Below, in pieces: positions 58,754-64,000 of a stretch of DNA of 64,000 nucleotides. Location: the NCBI GenBank assembly GCA_945898515.1, contig CAMDIH010000001.1, positions 13,093 to 77,092 on the forward strand, read 5' to 3'. This DNA is from Candidatus Neomicrothrix parvicella RN1 (GTDB lineage Bacteria; Actinomycetota; Acidimicrobiia; Acidimicrobiales; VFJN01). The translations under genes were made by a program, and so were the position numbers. The stretch's first letter is position 1; each line of letters opens with the position of its first letter. Under the pieces are notes generated by a model that searched no databases, had not been told where the DNA came from, and worked only from the letters and a program-made list of their open reading frames with translations.

Positions 58754-60241
58754 TTGACGCTCCTCCTTCGCACCATCCCGCCGCCGGGCCTCGACCTCGC
58801 CCGCCAACCGCGCCACGACGTAGTGGTGGAGATCGCCGACGGCGCGGACCGGTTCGTGGCCATCTCCGGACCGTTCACGACCTACGAACGCACGTTGCAC
58901 ACCGGGGCCGACGCCACGGTGGAAGAACGCATCAACTACCAGGTGGCCCCCCTCGTATGGGGGCCATTCCCGTGGCTCTATCGGCGCGCCCTCGCGGGCC
59001 AGGTCACCCCCGGACACCGGCCCTGGTGGTTCCCACCGGAGACCACCAATGCCCGCGCCGCCACCGTGATGGGCAGCCTCACCTTGCTGGCGGTGATGCT
59101 CGGCTATCTGGGTTCGGCACTCACCCAAACCATCACCTTCGCCGCCGAGGAGTTCGGAGCCGACCGGCCCGCCCAGGGCGCCACGCTGGCGGCCGTGCGC
59201 ATCGGGGTACTCGGCGCCCTAGCCCTCGCCGCCCTCGCCGACCGGAGCGGTCGTCGCCGGGTACTGCTGTGGGCGACCACCGCCGCCTGCGGGCTCTCCG
59301 CTCTGAGCGCCTTTGCTCCCAATCTCCTGACGCTGGGCATCTTGCAGGCACTGGTGCGGGGCGCCGTCACCGCCTCAGTCATCCTGCTCACCATCGTGGC
59401 CGTGGAGGAGATGCCCTCAGGATCGCGGGCCTTCGGGATCAGCCTGTTGTCGGTCACGGGCGCACTGGGGGCGGGTCTGGTGCTCTTCGCCCTCCCCATC
59501 GCCGACACCAGCACGGAGGGATGGCGAGTGATCTTCGTGCTCCCCCTGCTGTTCCTCCCGGTGCTCCTGCGTATTGCCCGGGTCCTGCCGGAGAGCCAAC
59601 GTTTCATGGTTGCTCATGCTCGCGCTCGGATCAAGGGCCATGGCCGCCGCCTTGGGTTGCTGGCCGTCTCAGCGTTCCTGCTCGCCTTGTTCACGGCACC
59701 AGCTTCACAGTTGATGAACGAGTTCCTCCGCAACGAACGCGGCTTCAGCGCGGCCCGCATCAGTCTGTTCCTCCTACTCACCAATACCCCCGGGGGGATT
59801 GGCATCGTGATGGGCGGTCGACTGGCCGATACCCGCGGCCGGCGACAGGTTGGCGCCATCGGCACCATTGGAGGGGTGGCCTTCACGGTGGCGATGGTCC
59901 TAGCCCAAGGTTGGCCAATGTGGGCGCTATCGGTCATGGGATCAATAACCGGGGCGATGGTGGTACCCGCGCTCGGTGTGTACGGACCCGAGCTTTTCCC
60001 TACGTCACTGCGGGGCAAAGCTAACGGCATCATCACCATCGTGGGGGTGGGGGGAAGCGTGGTGGGCCTCCTGGCCGCCGGTGTGCTCTCGGCCCGGTGG
60101 GACGGCCTGGGCCCAGCCCTTATGGTCCTGGCCATCGGTCCGATGATGATGGCCGCATTGGTGTTGGCGGCCTATCCGGAAACGGCCCATCGCGAACTCG
60201 AGGACATCAATCCGGAAGACCGACTGCCGCCGCCGTCCTGA
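58754..60241 (+). CDS. MFS transporter with a ~100-aa N-terminal soluble extension
   Basis: 12-TM MFS body with an ADRSGRRRVLLW loop 2-3 motif and GRLADTRGRR in the second half. TTG start. The N-terminal extension was not recognised. Confidence 0.8.
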   Translation: MTLLLRTIPPPGLDLARQPRHDVVVEIADGADRFVAISGPFTTYERTLHTGADATVEERINYQVAPLVWGPFPWLYRRALAGQVTPGHRPWWFPPETTNARAATVMGSLTLLAVMLGYLGSALTQTITFAAEEFGADRPAQGATLAAVRIGVLGALALAALADRSGRRRVLLWATTAACGLSALSAFAPNLLTLGILQALVRGAVTASVILLTIVAVEEMPSGSRAFGISLLSVTGALGAGLVLFALPIADTSTEGWRVIFVLPLLFLPVLLRIARVLPESQRFMVAHARARIKGHGRRLGLLAVSAFLLALFTAPASQLMNEFLRNERGFSAARISLFLLLTNTPGGIGIVMGGRLADTRGRRQVGAIGTIGGVAFTVAMVLAQGWPMWALSVMGSITGAMVVPALGVYGPELFPTSLRGKANGIITIVGVGGSVVGLLAAGVLSARWDGLGPALMVLAIGPMMMAALVLAAYPETAHRELEDINPEDRLPPPS

Positions 60242-60277
60242 TCTCCGGGAGGCGCCCCCCACTGGTAAGGTTCGGCC

Positions 60278-61081
60278 GTGAACGGCCATGACCGCACCCG
60301 TCGAGCCGCCCTGCTCAGCGCGGTTACAGCGGCCCTCCTGCTCCTCGGGGCCTGCGGAGGGCAGCCCCCGAACGTCAACGAATCAAGCGCCACTCCGACC
60401 ACCACCGCCACCACCGTGGTCGCCGCCCCCCGGTCGGCGGTCACCATCCCCGCCGTGGCCGCCCAGGCCGAGGGCAAGTCGATTCAGATTTTCGACGATG
60501 CCACCATCGCCACCCCCACCGAGCGGTTCGCCAACGGCCTGATCACCGTCAAAGAAGCCACCTCGGCAGCGGGCATTCCGCTCGTGTTCCTCGTGAAGGG
60601 GGTGGGCCCGGAAAACGGCCGTTATGAGGTGTACCTGCCCCTGCGCCCCAACGGCAGCACCGGGTGGGTGACGGCCGACGATGTCAGGGTGTCGAGCATC
60701 AACTACCGCATTGAGATAAGTCTCTCCGCTCATCGCATCCGCGTGTTCGCCGGCGAGGAGATCGTGGTGGATGAACCCGTGGGGGTGGGCCGCGCCGACC
60801 GACCCACCCCGGGCGGGATCTACTACGTGAAGGAACTCCTCCGGCCACCGAAGCCGAACGGTCCGTACGGCCCCTACGCCTACGGACTGTCGGGCTATTC
60901 CAACGTGCTCACAAGTTTCAACGGGGGCACCGGTGTGCTCGGCATCCACGGCACCAACGAGCCTGAGGCCCTGGGCACCGACGTGTCGAGTGGGTGCATC
61001 CGCCTCGACAACAAGGTGATCACCAGAATCGTCGAGGAGATCGGCATCCCCCTCGGCACCCCGGTGGAAATCCTCCCCTGA
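60278..61081 (+). CDS. L,D-transpeptidase (YkuD domain) lipoprotein
   Basis: Lipobox LLLLGACGG and the catalytic block LGIHGTNEPEALGTDVSSGCIRLDN. Confidence 0.9.
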   Translation: MNGHDRTRRAALLSAVTAALLLLGACGGQPPNVNESSATPTTTATTVVAAPRSAVTIPAVAAQAEGKSIQIFDDATIATPTERFANGLITVKEATSAAGIPLVFLVKGVGPENGRYEVYLPLRPNGSTGWVTADDVRVSSINYRIEISLSAHRIRVFAGEEIVVDEPVGVGRADRPTPGGIYYVKELLRPPKPNGPYGPYAYGLSGYSNVLTSFNGGTGVLGIHGTNEPEALGTDVSSGCIRLDNKVITRIVEEIGIPLGTPVEILP

Positions 61082-61097
61082 CCCGGTTGGTCGAGAC

Positions 61098-61694
61098 TCA
61101 CGCGAACCGGGCGGAGCTCCACGGACCTTTGATCCACTGAGCGACAGTGGCCGCAATGAAGCCATCCTCACCCCGCAGATCATGGCCCTTGCCCTCCACC
61201 CACACATGGGTAACGGGTCCGGGGATCACGGCGGTGTGATGCTCGAGTTCGGCGGGAGTGCCGAACGGGTCCCTGGTACCGGAGAGAAACAAACACGGCA
61301 TCGTCAGCGCGGGAAAGTGTTCGACGCGGAGGCGATCCGGTTTACCCGGCGGATGCAACGGGTAGGAGATGAGCACCAAGGCGGCGGCGGGAAGGCCCTC
61401 GGCCGCCGCCATCGAGCAGATGCGTCCGCCCATGGATCGACCGCCCAGCACGATGCGCCGCCGGGCCACCCTTGCTTCCTGAGCGAGCCGAGCGGCCTCC
61501 TCCACCACACAGGCCAGCAACGCCGGGGCGCGATCGGGAGCCCGACGGCCTTGCCGCCGGTAGAGAAAGTCGCGTCGGTGCACCGGCAGGGGCGCTAGGG
61601 CGTGTTCGATCGCCACCAGGCTGGGGTGATCGGCTGCACTTCCTGCCCCAGGGAACAACAGCGCCGCCCCCGCCGGGGCTTTGGGGGGCGTCAT
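61098..61694 (-). CDS. Alpha/beta hydrolase (dienelactone-hydrolase/KANL3-like)
   Basis: GGRSMGGR nucleophile-elbow-like block, LFLSGTRDPFG, and GKGHDL. ATG 61694 overlaps the upstream stop (ATGA). The track ORF extension to 61958 is Pro/Arg-rich. Confidence 0.65.
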   Translation of the reverse strand: MTPPKAPAGAALLFPGAGSAADHPSLVAIEHALAPLPVHRRDFLYRRQGRRAPDRAPALLACVVEEAARLAQEARVARRRIVLGGRSMGGRICSMAAAEGLPAAALVLISYPLHPPGKPDRLRVEHFPALTMPCLFLSGTRDPFGTPAELEHHTAVIPGPVTHVWVEGKGHDLRGEDGFIAATVAQWIKGPWSSARFA

Positions 61695-62386
61695 GAAGCC
61701 AGGAGGATGCGGCGCGCCTCGGTGAGATCGGCGATCCGCTGGGCGGCATCCCCGCGATCGCCCCCATGGTCGGGGTGAGCGCGGCGCACGAGATCGCGAA
61801 ACTGGTGCTGAAGGGAAGACCGGCTGGGCACCTCGACGAGGTCGAGAATCCCCAGCGCCCATTGGACCGGATCCTGCCCGGTGCCGTGGGACCAGTGGTG
61901 GCCTCGCTCCCCGCCCGACAGGTAGCCCACGAAGCGGCCGTCGAGAGCACCCGACCAACGCATACCCATGCGGATACCATCCATCACTCGACCCCGCGGG
62001 CCGGGTGCCAACTGGCCCGCCGAGTAGACCGCCGCCAGGATGTGCTGAGCGGCCGCCCCCTTCTCGGCAAACTCGAACTCGATGTCGTTACCGCCACCAA
62101 TGAGTTGATGGACGCTGCGGGTGAGGCCCACGCGATCCTGCTGGAACCGGTACCGCAGACGGGGTTGCGGGATCCGCATGCCCTCTTGGAGTTGACGGGT
62201 CAGGCGATCGAGATCGTCGAAGAGGTCGGGGTCGAGCTGGGGTATGAAGTTGGCCACGATCCCCGCCAGGAGCAGGCCGCCGTAGCCGGGGGCGGGGGCC
62301 ACGGGAAGGTGCTGCTGCCCGAGGGCGACCCGCCGGGTAGGCGCGATGGGGCGCGAGTGAAACATCTCCAACTCAGCCAGGATCAC
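61691..62386 (-). CDS. Protein with a C-terminal J-domain (HPD motif) and an unrecognised N-terminal domain
   Basis: The last ~60 aa read LGILDLVEVPSRSSLQHQFRDLVRRAHPDHGGDRGDAAQRIADLTEARRILL, which is a J-domain helix II-HPD-helix III pattern. Confidence 0.65.
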   Translation of the reverse strand: MILAELEMFHSRPIAPTRRVALGQQHLPVAPAPGYGGLLLAGIVANFIPQLDPDLFDDLDRLTRQLQEGMRIPQPRLRYRFQQDRVGLTRSVHQLIGGGNDIEFEFAEKGAAAQHILAAVYSAGQLAPGPRGRVMDGIRMGMRWSGALDGRFVGYLSGGERGHHWSHGTGQDPVQWALGILDLVEVPSRSSLQHQFRDLVRRAHPDHGGDRGDAAQRIADLTEARRILLAS

Positions 62387-62435
62387 CCGCTCAATCTATC
62401 GGCCGCCGCCCGATGGGCCTCCGGCGAGCGCCACG

Positions 62436-63194
62436 CTAGATGACGGGACGGAGGTGGTCCCGCAGGGCCCCGGCGAGTGCCGCCACTTCATCTTCGTCGG
62501 CCGCGGGAGTTTCCATCACGGCGACCACCGCCTGGGCCTGGGTGACCACGCCCTTCCACCAAGGAGCATCCATACCGTAGGGGGCTCCCTGCACCACGGC
62601 CTGGCGCACCGCCACCGGCAGAGCTTTGCGTCCGGCGTGGTCGCTGGGATCATTGGCTAGACGATCGGCAGCCACGAACAGTTCACTCATCACATCGATG
62701 CCGCCATCGGCGGGAAGCACCACGGCAAGGGGGTCGATGACCAACGTCACGAGTTCGTCGGTGCGCTCTTCATTCATCACATCCACGAAAAGTTCGTTTT
62801 CATCGAGTTGGTACGAGATGCCTTCGGCCTCCAGGAAGTCCATCAGTTGTTTGCAGCTGTCGTCGTCCCACTCGGTGAGGTCGTAGCCGACTGTGCCCGA
62901 TGCCTCCTGCGCAACGGCATCGTCGAGATCGGCCTCCAGTTGATCCATCACTCGTTCGGTCCACGCATCGTCGGCACTGGCCACCACCAAGGTGGGCCCC
63001 TCCCAGCGGTGAGGCACCCCGAGTGTCTCCATCCGTTCCCGGAGAATCTGACGGTCCTGCTCACTCCACTCATCGAGCACGTATTCGGTCTCCGACGGGG
63101 GTCCACCACCCATCTCGCCCATCCCCGCGATAGAGACCTCCCCTCGCTCTTCGTCCTCTTCGCCACCACCACGCGCCAACAGTCCCATCTCCAT
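62436..63194 (-). CDS. Acidic hypothetical protein with an internal duplicated ~50-aa module
   Basis: [34 protein letters not shown] is echoed by [34 protein letters not shown]. Start at MEMGLL (63194). The upstream part of ORF 62436..63755 is antisense to glpX. Confidence 0.55.
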   Translation of the reverse strand: MEMGLLARGGGEEDEERGEVSIAGMGEMGGGPPSETEYVLDEWSEQDRQILRERMETLGVPHRWEGPTLVVASADDAWTERVMDQLEADLDDAVAQEASGTVGYDLTEWDDDSCKQLMDFLEAEGISYQLDENELFVDVMNEERTDELVTLVIDPLAVVLPADGGIDVMSELFVAADRLANDPSDHAGRKALPVAVRQAVVQGAPYGMDAPWWKGVVTQAQAVVAVMETPAADEDEVAALAGALRDHLRPVI

Positions 63195-63261
63195 AGCCTC
63201 GCGCAAGTGGCCCCGGGGTGGTGCCGCCACGGGCCACCGCTCCCATCTTGTACGATGCGCC

Positions 63262-64000
63262 ATGCTTGAGAAGCAGCGCCCCGACCGGAACCTTGCCCTC
63301 GAACTGGTGCGCACCACCGAAGCCGCGGCCCTCGCAGCGAGTCGCTGGATGGGCCGAGGCGACAAGAACGGCGCCGATGGGGCGGCGGTCGATGCCATGC
63401 GGGTCGTGCTCGACACCGTCCCGATGGACGGCATCGTGGTGATCGGCGAGGGCGAGAAAGACGAAGCCCCCATGCTCTTCAACGGGGAGCGCCTGGGCGA
63501 TGGCAGCCCGATGTCCACCGACATCGCCGTGGATCCCATCGATGGAACCACCCTCACTGCACTGGGCCGCGGCGGCGCCATCGCCGTGATCGCCGTATCC
63601 GAGCGAGGCACCATGTTCGATCCGGGTCCTTGTATGTACATGGAGAAGATCGCCGTGGGGGCGGATTGTGTGGGCGTGATCGACATCACCCGCACCGCCA
63701 CTGAAAATCTCATCGCAGTGGCGGCGGCCAAGGGATCGACCGTACGCGACCTCACCGCGGTGATCCTCGACCGCCCTCGTCACGAGGACCTGATCGCCGA
63801 GGTGCGCGCCGCCGGTGCCCGGATCCGCCTCATTCCCGATGGCGACGTGGCCGGCGCCATCTCCACGGCGTGGGATGATTCCGGGGCCGACATCCTGCTG
63901 GGCATCGGGGGTACCCCCGAGGGCGTGATCACCGCGGCGGCCCTCAAGTGCATGGGTGGTGAGCAACAGGGCCGCCTCTGGCCCCGTAACGACGAGGAGC
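63262..64000 (+). CDS. glpX: Class II fructose-1,6-bisphosphatase, N-terminal ~245 aa (3' end outside the window)
   Basis: Not in the ORF track because there is no stop inside the window. My translation reads [47 protein letters not shown]...[17 protein letters not shown]...DPIDGTT, the canonical GlpX pattern. Confidence 0.92.
   Translation, partial: MLEKQRPDRNLALELVRTTEAAALAASRWMGRGDKNGADGAAVDAMRVVLDTVPMDGIVVIGEGEKDEAPMLFNGERLGDGSPMSTDIAVDPIDGTTLTALGRGGAIAVIAVSERGTMFDPGPCMYMEKIAVGADCVGVIDITRTATENLIAVAAAKGSTVRDLTAVILDRPRHEDLIAEVRAAGARIRLIPDGDVAGAISTAWDDSGADILLGIGGTPEGVITAAALKCMGGEQQGRLWPRNDEE

Overview
This is a high-G+C bacterial chromosome segment (G+C not computed). It shows clear Actinomycetota housekeeping synteny, read on the minus strand: tatD-rpf-rsmA-ispE, tRNA-Gln, glmU-prs-rplY-pth, then mfd-mazG-eno-ftsB and DUF501-ppx. 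It also carries the actinobacterial micro-ORF bS22 and a protein with a LAXTG sortase-E sorting signal. I support about 65 protein genes and one tRNA-Gln(UUG). I saw no rRNA, CRISPR array, transposase, integrase or phage genes.

The clearly accessory part is a ~22.6-kb glycan locus at 16.8-39.5 kb, wedged between mfd and pth.
- It holds a Campylobacter-pgl-like module: a PglF-like 4,6-dehydratase, a DegT aminotransferase, a PglD/NeuD-like acetyltransferase, a small PglC-type phosphoglycosyl transferase, three GT4 glycosyltransferases and a deacetylase.
- It also holds a nonulosonic-acid module (NeuB, NeuC and NeuA families) with unusual tailoring genes: a D-2-hydroxyacid dehydrogenase, a GNAT and a methyltransferase-like ORF.
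- Two unrecognised ORFs flank neuA.
- An MsbA/PglK-like ABC exporter is the only export candidate.
- Divergent from that exporter is a fusion of a PqqD (RiPP-recognition-element) domain with an HPr-kinase-like domain whose Walker A motif lacks the lysine.

This locus, and especially the PqqD/HprK-ABC pair and the unknown ORFs around neuA, is my best candidate for something undescribed.

Other points of note:
- The GlmU homologue stops just before the acetyltransferase catalytic region.
- A coiled-coil protein carries a C-terminal M15 peptidase domain.
- A protein carries a J-domain at its C-terminus and is translationally coupled to a hydrolase gene.
- There are several small repeat or palindrome elements in intergenic regions.

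All functional calls come from reading motifs in the supplied translations. No database search was possible.
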